A DNA stretch of 32,000 nucleotides from Candidatus Saccharimonadota bacterium (GTDB lineage Bacteria > Patescibacteriota > Gracilibacteria > UBA1369 > 2-02-FULL-48-14): contig CP064962.1 in assembly GCA_016699145.1 (NCBI GenBank), forward strand, positions 1,306,974-1,338,973, read 5' to 3'. A program made the position numbers and the translations under genes. The notes under the pieces were generated by a model. The model saw only the letters and a list, made by a program, of their open reading frames with translations, searched no databases and was not told the origin of the DNA. Numbering within the stretch: the stretch's first letter is position 1; every line of letters begins with the position of its first letter. Shown here piece by piece: positions 17,297 through 25,207 of this stretch.

Positions 17297-17974
17297 TCAT
17301 TCGAGAGGTGAAAATTGATAACCCAAACAGGGAACCGTTTGAATGAGCATGGACTTGGGGTTAACTCGAAGTTTTTTCCTCAAACGACTGATGTAAACAT
17401 CAATGGTGTTGGCCCCCACATAACTGCTTTTATCCCACACATAATCGATGATGCGTTCACGAGTGGTGACTTGACCCACATTTTGAAGCAACAATTCCAA
17501 TAAAAAGAATTCTTTTCGCGTCAAAAAACTGCGCTTTTTTTTGTAAGAAGCCAATCGCTGACTGCGATCCAAAATAAAATCGCCAATTTGAATGCACTTG
17601 CCTTGTTCGTGCAAAGGGTTTTTCAAAAGGATGTCTTTGACGACAATGGGAATTTCGTCCACAGAAAGCGTTTCATCCAAAAAAAGACACTGTTTTAAAA
17701 AACGTTTAAGGGGAGCTGTTTGAAACACATCTTGCACCACTTTGCCCAAAAAAATAAGAGGAAGCTTAGAACTGACATTCAAAAGAAAAGGATAAATTTG
17801 GCTCCATTCTTTAGCACTCAAGGGGTCAGGAAAGAAAAGGGCATCCGTTTGAGGCTGCCAATCTTTTTCTAAACTCGAAGGCAAGCACAAAAGACTTTTG
17901 ATATTATGCCGCTTCAAAGAGTCTTGCACCAAAGTGCTGTGTAAAAGTTGCGAAGTGATGATGAGCGTATGCAT
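17297..17974 (-). CDS. OmpR/PhoB-type winged-helix transcriptional regulator with a degenerate (pseudo-)receiver domain
   Basis: C-terminal Trans_reg_C-like LTRKEFFLLELLLQNVGQVTTRERIIDYVWDKSSYVGANTIDVYISRLRKKL...IQTVPCLGYQF. The N-terminal roughly 115 aa have receiver-like spacing but lack the acidic pair (MHTLIITSQ instead of ..IVDDD/E), the LT/SA threonine (FLGK) and the KP lysine. Confidence 0.75.
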   Translation of the reverse strand: MHTLIITSQLLHSTLVQDSLKRHNIKSLLCLPSSLEKDWQPQTDALFFPDPLSAKEWSQIYPFLLNVSSKLPLIFLGKVVQDVFQTAPLKRFLKQCLFLDETLSVDEIPIVVKDILLKNPLHEQGKCIQIGDFILDRSQRLASYKKKRSFLTRKEFFLLELLLQNVGQVTTRERIIDYVWDKSSYVGANTIDVYISRLRKKLRVNPKSMLIQTVPCLGYQFSPLE

Positions 17975-18174
17975 AAAAAACGTTAAGAACTTTCATTCTA
18001 AGCTCAAAGTCCAGAATTTCCTCCTAGCGCCCAGCACAAACAGATTGAAAAAGCGCTGTTGCCCCATCAAAAACACCCTCTGTGCCACCTCTCTGTCAGA
18101 TAAAGATGACAACACCTTGCACTTTACTTTTCCCCCTTGCAACTCCATCCTACAACCCATTCTTGCTGCTCCCT

Positions 18175-18891
18175 ATGCTAGAGAATCTGACCCAATTGGG
18201 TTTCACTAAAAAGGAAGCCACTGTCTATGTAACCTTGCTTAGGAATGGTCCTACTTTGGCCAGCACCCTGGCCTTGCGCACGGGGCTCAAGCGAGTCACC
18301 GTTTATGGAGTTTTAGATTCGCTGACTTTGCGAGGTTTGGTCAGTTTTGAAGGAACCGAAGAGGGGAGGCGTTATTTGCCCCATCATCCCGAATGCCTGC
18401 TTTACAGTTTGGAGCAAGAAAAAGCAGCCCTACAAATGAAGTGGAATCAAACCCGGGACTGCATTCAAAACCTCAGCCAACCCCTTTTTTCTCAAACTTT
18501 GGATTCTCGGCAAGTGCTGTTTTTTAGAGGAACGCTGGAAGTGCACGCGGCCTTGGAAGAATTCTTTGATCCTTTGCAAGATTTGCACGGACTTTTGCCT
18601 CAAACACTCACTTCAAATGAAAAAGATTTTTTCCGAAAGCTTTTTTCAAACACGCAAAAACATTATAGAAAAGCCAAAATGCTCGCCCATGCTCCACTTT
18701 TAAAATGGATGAAAAATCATTTCAAAATTCAAACGCTGGAACACGTTTACAACTCTAAAAAAGGAACGCTTTTTGTGCAAAGCGAAAAAGTTTTCTTCCT
18801 TTGCGAAAGGCAAGAATTGGAACTCATGCTCATCCGCAATTCCGATTATTCAAAAAGGGTTTTTGAAGTCCTCATGGAGCCTTATTTATAG
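18175..18891 (+). CDS. TrmB-family HTH transcriptional regulator
   Basis: N-terminus MLENLTQLGFTKKEATVYVTLLRNGPTLASTLALRTGLKRVTVYGVLDSLTLRGLV is a typical TrmB wHTH. The family's HTH sits at the extreme N-terminus, so I prefer the ATG at 18175 over the GTG at 18082 or the ATG at 18106. Confidence 0.75.
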   Translation: MLENLTQLGFTKKEATVYVTLLRNGPTLASTLALRTGLKRVTVYGVLDSLTLRGLVSFEGTEEGRRYLPHHPECLLYSLEQEKAALQMKWNQTRDCIQNLSQPLFSQTLDSRQVLFFRGTLEVHAALEEFFDPLQDLHGLLPQTLTSNEKDFFRKLFSNTQKHYRKAKMLAHAPLLKWMKNHFKIQTLEHVYNSKKGTLFVQSEKVFFLCERQELELMLIRNSDYSKRVFEVLMEPYL

Positions 18892-19568
18892 GCCTCTGGA
18901 GACGGACTTAAAAATTCAGGATCACTCGCATGAAGCGTGGTCATCACTTCGGTAAAAGGATGGAAAAAGCGCAACTCCCATGCATGAAGAAAAAAGCGCC
19001 CCTTGCCCTTGAGTTTACGTTGATATTGGTTATCAAAATTCCGATCTCCATATTCTCGGTCTAAAACCAAAGGATGCCCAATCATGGCCAAGTGCTGACG
19101 AATCTGATGTTTGCGCCCAGTTTCAATCCGAACCGAAAGCAGAGTCACATTCGCCATTTTTCGAAGCACGCTATAATGCGTCACAGCAGGAACTTTTTTA
19201 TCGACGCTGCGAGCCTGAAGCGGAATGCGAATGGTTCCTTCATTTTGCTTGGGAATCCACTTCACCAGAGCAAGATAGGTTTTTTCGGTCCGTGGATCTT
19301 TAAAAATTCCCTCCAAAGCCGCTCGATCCCGAGGATATTTGCCAAACAACATGATTCCTGAAGTCGGTCTATCCAAACGATGCAAAGGGTAAGGTTTGAA
19401 ATTCTTTTTTGCATTCAAGGCCCAAAGTCGCACCCAGCCCTGCAAAGTTTTGGCTTCTGGAATACGGTCCGCAGGCACCGCAGCCAAAGTTGCCGGTTTT
19501 TCAAAAGCCAACAAATGCTCGTCTTCATAAAGCAGCTGGGGTTCAGGGACTTTACTCTCCTTTTGCAT
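18882..19568 (-). CDS. RluA-family pseudouridine synthase (no S4 domain)
   Basis: Catalytic motif HRLDRPTSGIMLF, plus ..TGRKHQIRQHLA..GHP...D..YG. Confidence 0.85.
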   Translation of the reverse strand: MQKESKVPEPQLLYEDEHLLAFEKPATLAAVPADRIPEAKTLQGWVRLWALNAKKNFKPYPLHRLDRPTSGIMLFGKYPRDRAALEGIFKDPRTEKTYLALVKWIPKQNEGTIRIPLQARSVDKKVPAVTHYSVLRKMANVTLLSVRIETGRKHQIRQHLAMIGHPLVLDREYGDRNFDNQYQRKLKGKGRFFLHAWELRFFHPFTEVMTTLHASDPEFLSPSPEAYK

Positions 19569-20115
19569 TGAGTTGTTCTTCTAAAAGTCGATCGTTCAAA
19601 AGCACTTTCACCTCTAGAGGAGCACTCACCTCCGAATTGGCCACAGCAGTCTCTTTGATTTGTTGCACGATGCGAGGATCGTCACAGGTTCCTCCTGAAG
19701 AAAGAGTGCCTGAAAGTTCCACCGTCAATTGACTGGAACTGAGCAAAACGGAATCCACGCTGAGCTCAGCCTCATCCAACGCCGTGTACAAACCGGACTG
19801 CCCATAACTGGGATCTTTAATGGCGAACAAAGCCTCAAGCGCAGCCTCAATTTTTTCTTCAGGGGTCAAAAGCCCCTCCGCACTTTGAGTGACCAAAACC
19901 AAGGAATCACCACAGCCCACCAAGGGGCCGCTTTCCCCATTGTCTTCCAAGGCGATGAGCCCAATCTGCAAATCCACCTTATTTCCACCTTCTTCATCCT
20001 CCGAAACAGCCTCATCTAGGGCTGCATCCTCTTCACTAGGCTCCTGAACAGAACCTAGATTGGCACAGGAACTTAAAAGAAGGACACCGAAAACAAGGGG
20101 ATAGAAAGATTTCAT
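19552..20115 (-). CDS. Lipoprotein, GerMN-like domain
   Basis: Lipobox MKSFYPLVFGVLLLSSC. An acidic linker is followed by ..GCGDSLVLVTQS..TPEEKIEAALEAL...GLYTAL....LTVELSG..., which resembles the GerMN fold pattern. This is a recollection, not a search. Confidence 0.5.
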   Translation of the reverse strand: MKSFYPLVFGVLLLSSCANLGSVQEPSEEDAALDEAVSEDEEGGNKVDLQIGLIALEDNGESGPLVGCGDSLVLVTQSAEGLLTPEEKIEAALEALFAIKDPSYGQSGLYTALDEAELSVDSVLLSSSQLTVELSGTLSSGGTCDDPRIVQQIKETAVANSEVSAPLEVKVLLNDRLLEEQLNAKGE

Positions 20116-20471
20116 GCTTTTTTCTTATTTTTTTTGCCCATTTTCTTGGCAACTACAGGAGCAGGCAAGTCGCAAGAGCAGTCGCCGCTGCCGCAATCGC
20201 AGCAATCAGAGGGGTCACAGGCGCTCACGGGGGAGCTGGAGCCGACCATCCACTTGAGTCCGCTCACAACCAGAATGCTGGGCCAAAGATAATTCCAAGT
20301 TTCAGCCGGAACCACCTCAAAGCGTTGAAGGAGCACCACCGCTCCAACGACAAAAGCAACGAGTCCGAACCAAAGGCGGTCATCTTTAGTGCAAGAAAAC
20401 ATAAAGCGTGGATTAAAAATCAAATTCATTATCCACTTAAAAAAAACTTTTGCAAGGGCGTGACAAGGCAT
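20112..20471 (-). CDS. Small membrane protein (LiaF-N/DUF5668-like two-TM region) with a Cys-rich, Lys-rich C-terminal tail
   Basis: RLWFGLVAFVVGAVVLLQRF....WNYLWPSILVVSGLKWMV followed by ACDPSDCCDCGSGDCSCD and KKMGKKNKKKA. The start is uncertain; ATGs at 20429 and 20402 are alternatives. The 3' end overlaps the next gene by ATGA. Confidence 0.55.
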   Translation of the reverse strand: MPCHALAKVFFKWIMNLIFNPRFMFSCTKDDRLWFGLVAFVVGAVVLLQRFEVVPAETWNYLWPSILVVSGLKWMVGSSSPVSACDPSDCCDCGSGDCSCDLPAPVVAKKMGKKNKKKA

Positions 20472-20488
20472 AAAAATCGTGCTATAAT
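20460..20488 (+). promoter_or_regulatory. Sigma70-like promoter with an extended -10 (GTGACA-17-TGcTATAAT) for the DUF3467-like gene
   Basis: GTGACA at 20460-20465, a 17-nt spacer, TG at 20480-20481 and TATAAT at 20483-20488. The ATG is at 20520. Confidence 0.5.
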
Positions 20489-20519
20489 TCTAGGAAATAA
20501 ATTTAACCTTAAGTTTTTT

Positions 20520-20996
20520 ATGACCGATCAAAATCCAATTCCTCAAGGTGGCCAAGCCGCTCAACAAGGCGGACAACCCCCTCTGCAAGTTAAAGTCCCC
20601 GATGAGGTCCAAAAGGGAGTTTATAGCAACGCCGTTTCGGTGAACGTGAATTCCAACGAAGTGGTGCTCGATTTCGGTTACCTTCTGCCCAACACTCCGG
20701 CCCCAGTCATTGAAGTGGTCAGCCGTGTGAACATGAACCAACGGACCGCAGAATCCTTCCTCAGTGTGCTTGCAGGAGCCATCGAAGATTTCAAGAAAAA
20801 GCAGGCTCAACAACAAGCTCAAGCACCGATGGGCCCGGCTCCAATGCCTGGCGCAGCCCTGCCTCAACAACCTGGACCCATGGGTCCCGCTCCGATGGGC
20901 CCCGCACCGATGGGTGGAATGCCTCAGCAACCTATGGGTCCGGCTCCCATGCCTGGCGCCCCAATGGGACCCGCTCCAATGCCTTATCCGGCTTAG
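20520..20996 (+). CDS. DUF3467-like protein with a MGPAP-repeat C-terminal tail
   Basis: Core GVYSNAVSVNVNSNEVVLDFGYLLPN...VVSRVNMNQRTAESFLSVLAGAIEDF fits my recollection of DUF3467. The tail is QAPMGPAPMPGAALPQQPGPMGPAPMGPAPMGGMPQQPMGPAPMPGAPMGPAPMPYPA. I chose the ATG at 20520; the longer ORF from 20325 would run through the divergent gene and the promoter. Confidence 0.65.
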   Translation: MTDQNPIPQGGQAAQQGGQPPLQVKVPDEVQKGVYSNAVSVNVNSNEVVLDFGYLLPNTPAPVIEVVSRVNMNQRTAESFLSVLAGAIEDFKKKQAQQQAQAPMGPAPMPGAALPQQPGPMGPAPMGPAPMGGMPQQPMGPAPMPGAPMGPAPMPYPA

Positions 20997-21009
20997 TCCA
21001 TTCTTGATT

Positions 21010-21053
21010 AAAAAGCTTAAGTCTCCTAAACTGCGTACACTTAAGCTTTTTTT
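21010..21053 (+). terminator. Rho-independent terminator after the DUF3467-like gene
   Basis: Perfect 10-bp stem aagcttaagt (21013-21022) / acttaagctt (21039-21048), extendable by A:T pairs, with a 16-nt loop followed by a T-run up to the glyQS ATG. Confidence 0.55.
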
Positions 21054-22415
21054 ATGTCCAATTTGATGGAAGACGTCATGTCCCTCTGCAAACGCCGTGC
21101 TTTTGTCTACCCCGGCAGCGAAATCTATGGAGGACTGGCCAACACGTGGGATTACGGACCTTACGGCTCTCAACTCAAAAAGAATATCCTCGACTTTTGG
21201 TGGAAGACTTTTGTGGAAAGCCGCGACGACATGATGGGCCTGGACAGTGCCATTTTGATGAACCCTCGCGTTTGGGAAGCGTCTGGACACGTGTCCAACT
21301 TTTCAGATCCACTGATGGATTGTAAGAGCTGCCAAGAGCGCGTGCGTGGAGATAAAATTTTGGAAGAACACCTCAAAACAACCATCGCCGGGCTCTCCAA
21401 CGATGAAATCTTTAATAAGATGATGGAAGAAAAAATCCCATGTCCCAAGTGCAAGAAAATAAACTGGACCGAACCCCGCGCTTTCAACCTGATGTTCAAA
21501 ACCTACCAGGGAGTGATCGAAGACACTGCAGCCCAGGTTTACCTTCGCCCCGAAACCGCTCAGGGCATCTTTGTGAATTTTAAAAACATCCTCGACTCCA
21601 CTCGCAGCCGCCTCCCGTTTGGAGTGGGGCAGTACGGAAAATCTTTCCGCAATGAAATCACACCCGGAAACTTCATTTTCCGCACCCGTGAATTCGAACA
21701 AATGGAAATCGAGTACTTCGTGCGCCCTGAAGACGCCGAAAAAGTCTTCGATCAATGGGTGGAAGACTATAAAGCCTTTTTCAAAGCCCTTCGAATTCCC
21801 GAAGATAAACTGCGCCTACGTTACCATGAAAAAGACGAACTTTCTCATTACTCTTCTAAAACCGTCGACTTTGAATACGAATTCCCCTTCGGTTGGGGAG
21901 AACTGATGGGAATCGCGCACCGTGGCTCTTTTGACCTCGATCAACATATGAAGTTTTCTGGTGAAAAGCTGCAATACCGCGATCCTCAAAGCAACGAGCT
22001 GCTCACTCCTCACGTGGTGGAACCCGCGCTCGGTCTCACTCGCGCCTTTCTCATTGTGTTGCTCAGCGCCTACGAAGAGCAAGCCCTCGAAAACCGCGAA
22101 ACCCGCACCGTGCTGCACTTTGCGCCTCAAATCGCTCCTGTTCAGGTGGCCGTATTTCCTCTTCAAAAGCAACAATCCGAAAAGGCGACTGAACTTTACC
22201 GCAGCCTCAAAAAGCAATTCCGCGCGGAATACGACGAAAGCGGAGCCATCGGGAAGCGCTACCGCCGCCAAGATGAAATCGGGACGCCTTTTTGCATCAC
22301 CTACGATTTCGATTCCGATACAGACGGCTGCGTGACGGTGCGTGAACGCGACTCCATGACTCAAGAGCGGGTGAAGGTGGAGGAGCTTGAAACTTATTTG
22401 AAAGAAAAACTCTAG
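21054..22415 (+). CDS. glyQS: Glycine--tRNA ligase (homodimeric class II type)
   Basis: LCKRRAFVYPGSEIYGGLANTWDYGPYG..LKKNI...WW, FRNEITPGNFIFRTREFEQMEIEYF and a C-terminal anticodon-binding region (GKRYRRQDEIGTPFCITYD). Confidence 0.95.
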   Translation: MSNLMEDVMSLCKRRAFVYPGSEIYGGLANTWDYGPYGSQLKKNILDFWWKTFVESRDDMMGLDSAILMNPRVWEASGHVSNFSDPLMDCKSCQERVRGDKILEEHLKTTIAGLSNDEIFNKMMEEKIPCPKCKKINWTEPRAFNLMFKTYQGVIEDTAAQVYLRPETAQGIFVNFKNILDSTRSRLPFGVGQYGKSFRNEITPGNFIFRTREFEQMEIEYFVRPEDAEKVFDQWVEDYKAFFKALRIPEDKLRLRYHEKDELSHYSSKTVDFEYEFPFGWGELMGIAHRGSFDLDQHMKFSGEKLQYRDPQSNELLTPHVVEPALGLTRAFLIVLLSAYEEQALENRETRTVLHFAPQIAPVQVAVFPLQKQQSEKATELYRSLKKQFRAEYDESGAIGKRYRRQDEIGTPFCITYDFDSDTDGCVTVRERDSMTQERVKVEELETYLKEKL

Positions 22416-22428
22416 GATGACATCTCAT

Positions 22429-22458
22429 GAAAGCCTCTTCCAAAACAGGGGCTTTTTT
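22429..22458 (+). terminator. Rho-independent terminator after glyQS
   Basis: Stem agcctc (22431-22436) / ggggct (22448-22453) with one G:U pair, an 11-nt loop and then T6 (22453-22458). Confidence 0.45.
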
Positions 22459-22466
22459 GCTATAAT
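22458..22466 (+). promoter_or_regulatory. Extended -10 element TGCTATAAT upstream of the coupling-protein-like ATPase gene
   Basis: The same 9-mer as at 20480-20488. TATAAT is at 22461-22466 and the ATG is at 22487, with no SD in between. Confidence 0.45.
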
Positions 22467-22486
22467 AATAAGATTTAAATCTACGC

Positions 22487-25207
22487 ATGGCACAGCTCAG
22501 CAAAATCTGGGAATTCATCCTCGGAATGTGGGATAAAGTGAAGGGCCTATGGACCGCTCTGCAAAGCCATTTTCCATGGATTCAAGAAAATTATATTGAC
22601 TTGATCCTCGGCCTACTGGGCCTGTGGGTCATGATTCGCGTGGGGCCTTGGTTTGTGCGCCAAGCCTACGACTTTTATGAATCTCATAAACGAGTGGTCA
22701 TTCAAATCACCATGCCTCGCGAGGAGTCTCAAAAAGACAAAGAAAACGCAACCGAAAAGGACTTTCGCGAAAAAATGGGCGTCATGGAACAACTCTATCG
22801 TGCTATTCATGAAATCCATGAATTGAATCTATGGAATCAAATCATGGTCAAATGCTTTGCGCGCGACAGCATCACTTTTGAAATTTTTGCCAAGCACAAA
22901 GACATCACTTTTTTCTGCACCATTCATCCCTATTACAAAGACGTTTTAGAAAAACAGATCACTTCATTTTACCCCACGGCGGAAATCGCTTACATTGCAT
23001 CGTCCACGCTCAAAGCCGAAGAAGGAAAAAAACATCTGACCAAAAAAGGCTATTACCTTTACACCAAAAACACCAACTGGCTGCCGCTCAAAACCTATAA
23101 AACCATTGAAAACGATCCACTGAACGATTTGACCAATGTTTTGTCGCAACTCAAAGAAAATGAAAAAGCCATGCTTCAAATGATGATCCGTCCGCGAGAT
23201 GAAAAATGGCAAAAAGAGGCCAATGCCTATGCCACTGCAAAATTCAAAAATGAGGAACCTCAAAAACGAGGAATTTTACGCACCCTCGTAAGACCCTTGA
23301 GTTGGCTCTTCACAGCCATGATTTTTGGCTACGACCAAGCCGAAAAAAACAGCCCTCCACCCGGAGCAAAAAGTGGAGACTCTTACGTGCGTATGCTGCA
23401 AACCGAAGAAGAAATTGCCAAACGCATCGGTGAAAAATCCAACCAAGTCGGTTTCGACACTGTGATTCGCATCATGGCCGCCTCCGATGAAGGAGAATCC
23501 CGTTGCGACTCCATTTTGGACGGACTTTTTGTGGCCTTCAACACCACCAAAGATGCCGCTTCAAACTGGTTCCAAGCGAGGCGCCTCATCCCCATCGACT
23601 TCATCAACAGTCCCATTCTTTACATGAGTCTCATCGATCGCAATTTTCAGTTCGGAGAAAAATCATCCATTTTAACTCCCGAAGAGCTCGCCACTATTTT
23701 TCATTTTCCAAACAGCCGTTACAACTACACACCGCTCATCAAATGGATGTCTTATAAAGTGCTTCCTGCTCCCACCGAAATGGGTACAGATGGAATTTTC
23801 TTGGGTTACAATGTGTTCCGTGGAGTCAAAAAACCCGTGCATTTCCGCAAAAAAGATCGCGCTCGCCACCACTACATCATCGGGCAAACCGGTACAGGTA
23901 AATCATCCTACATCAGTCAAATGGCTCGCCAAGACATTGCCAATGGCGATGGAGTGTGTGTGATAGACCCGCACGGGGACCTCATTGAAGACATTTTGCA
24001 ATACATTCCTAAAGAAAGGGCCAAGGATGTGATCGTCTTCGATCCAGCCGATTCTGAGCGCCCCATGGGACTCAACATGCTCGAAGCCAAAACTCCCGAG
24101 CAGCAAGACATGGCCTCCAGTCAAGCGACTGAAATTTTTATCAAAATCTTCGGAGATGAAATTTTTGGACCTCGCATTCAGCATTATTTCAGAAACGCCT
24201 GTCTCACTCTTATGGAAGACCCCGACGAAGGCGCCACACTCATCGATGTGCCTCGTATTTTCGTGGATGAGCAATTCATGCGTTACAAGGTTTCTAAGGT
24301 GAAAAATCCTGTCGTCAAATCTTTCTGGGATCATGAATACGCCAACACCGGTGACCGCGAACGCCAAGAAATGATTCCTTATTTCTCCGCGAAATTCGGC
24401 CCGTTCATCACGAACTCCATCATGCGCAACACCATCGGTCAGGCCAAGTCGGCCTTCAACATTCGCGAGTGCATGGATCAGCAAAAAATCCTTCTTGTGA
24501 ATCTTTCAAAAGGGAAGCTTGGAACACTCAATACGCAGCTGCTTGGACTTGTGCTCGTGGCTCAAATCCAAATGGCCGCAATGAGCCGTGTGGATACGCC
24601 CGAAGAACAGCGCAAAGATTTTTATCTTTACGTGGATGAATTCCAAAACTTCGCCACCGACACATTCTGTTCTATTCTCTCGGAAGCTCGTAAATACAAA
24701 CTCGTGCTCATCATGGCTCACCAATACATCGGTCAGCTCACGGTGACAAAAGGGGGCAGCACCAGCACTCAAATTCGCGACGCTGTGTTCGGTAACGTGG
24801 GAACCATGCAATCCTTCAAAGTGGGTGCCGATGATGCGGAATATTTATCTAAAGAATACGCGCCAGTGCTCACGGAGCAAGATGTGATTGGAATCGCCAA
24901 TTACAAGGCTTATATGAAGATGAATTTGAACAACACCGCATCTCGTCCTTTTTCACTGGAAACCGTATTCGACGAAAGTCAAAAAAATGAGAAAGTACGT
25001 CAGGTGATCAAAGAATATTCCCGCATGAAATATGGAAGAAAACGCAGCTTTGTGGAGCAAGAAATTGCAGCCCGCATCGGGGTGAATGTAGAAGAGCTTG
25101 GAAAGGACGTAAAAGCCGATTACACTGCAACTGCGCCTCAAGCGGCAGCCGCTGAAGAACCGCTACATCAGCCCATCACTTCGCCGACACAAAATGCAGG
25201 TTCCTGA
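22487..25207 (+). CDS. VirD4/TraD/TraG-like type IV coupling-protein-family P-loop ATPase (FtsK/HerA superfamily) with an N-terminal TM segment
   Basis: N-terminal hydrophobic helix (LILGLLGLWVMI). Walker A HHYIIGQTGTGKSS, Walker B FYLYVDEFQNFAT. Downstream LIMAHQYIGQL...FGNVGTMQSFKVG..DAEYLSKEY resembles the T4CP C-terminal motifs. The assignment within the superfamily comes from motif recollection, not a search. Confidence 0.6.
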   Translation: MAQLSKIWEFILGMWDKVKGLWTALQSHFPWIQENYIDLILGLLGLWVMIRVGPWFVRQAYDFYESHKRVVIQITMPREESQKDKENATEKDFREKMGVMEQLYRAIHEIHELNLWNQIMVKCFARDSITFEIFAKHKDITFFCTIHPYYKDVLEKQITSFYPTAEIAYIASSTLKAEEGKKHLTKKGYYLYTKNTNWLPLKTYKTIENDPLNDLTNVLSQLKENEKAMLQMMIRPRDEKWQKEANAYATAKFKNEEPQKRGILRTLVRPLSWLFTAMIFGYDQAEKNSPPPGAKSGDSYVRMLQTEEEIAKRIGEKSNQVGFDTVIRIMAASDEGESRCDSILDGLFVAFNTTKDAASNWFQARRLIPIDFINSPILYMSLIDRNFQFGEKSSILTPEELATIFHFPNSRYNYTPLIKWMSYKVLPAPTEMGTDGIFLGYNVFRGVKKPVHFRKKDRARHHYIIGQTGTGKSSYISQMARQDIANGDGVCVIDPHGDLIEDILQYIPKERAKDVIVFDPADSERPMGLNMLEAKTPEQQDMASSQATEIFIKIFGDEIFGPRIQHYFRNACLTLMEDPDEGATLIDVPRIFVDEQFMRYKVSKVKNPVVKSFWDHEYANTGDRERQEMIPYFSAKFGPFITNSIMRNTIGQAKSAFNIRECMDQQKILLVNLSKGKLGTLNTQLLGLVLVAQIQMAAMSRVDTPEEQRKDFYLYVDEFQNFATDTFCSILSEARKYKLVLIMAHQYIGQLTVTKGGSTSTQIRDAVFGNVGTMQSFKVGADDAEYLSKEYAPVLTEQDVIGIANYKAYMKMNLNNTASRPFSLETVFDESQKNEKVRQVIKEYSRMKYGRKRSFVEQEIAARIGVNVEELGKDVKADYTATAPQAAAAEEPLHQPITSPTQNAGS

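Noticed and set aside
20325-20519. N-terminal extension of the DUF3467-like ORF (the track starts it at 20325).
   Set aside because: The extension overlaps the divergent membrane-protein gene and the TGCTATAAT promoter. Its sequence (…HHRSNDKSNESEPKAV…) is antisense-derived. The ATG at 20520, just downstream of the promoter, is the more plausible start.
20997-21053. Possible T-box or other riboswitch leader upstream of glyQS.
   Set aside because: Only 57 nt separate the upstream stop from the glyQS ATG. A simple terminator hairpin for the upstream gene accounts for that sequence, and it is far too short for a T-box.
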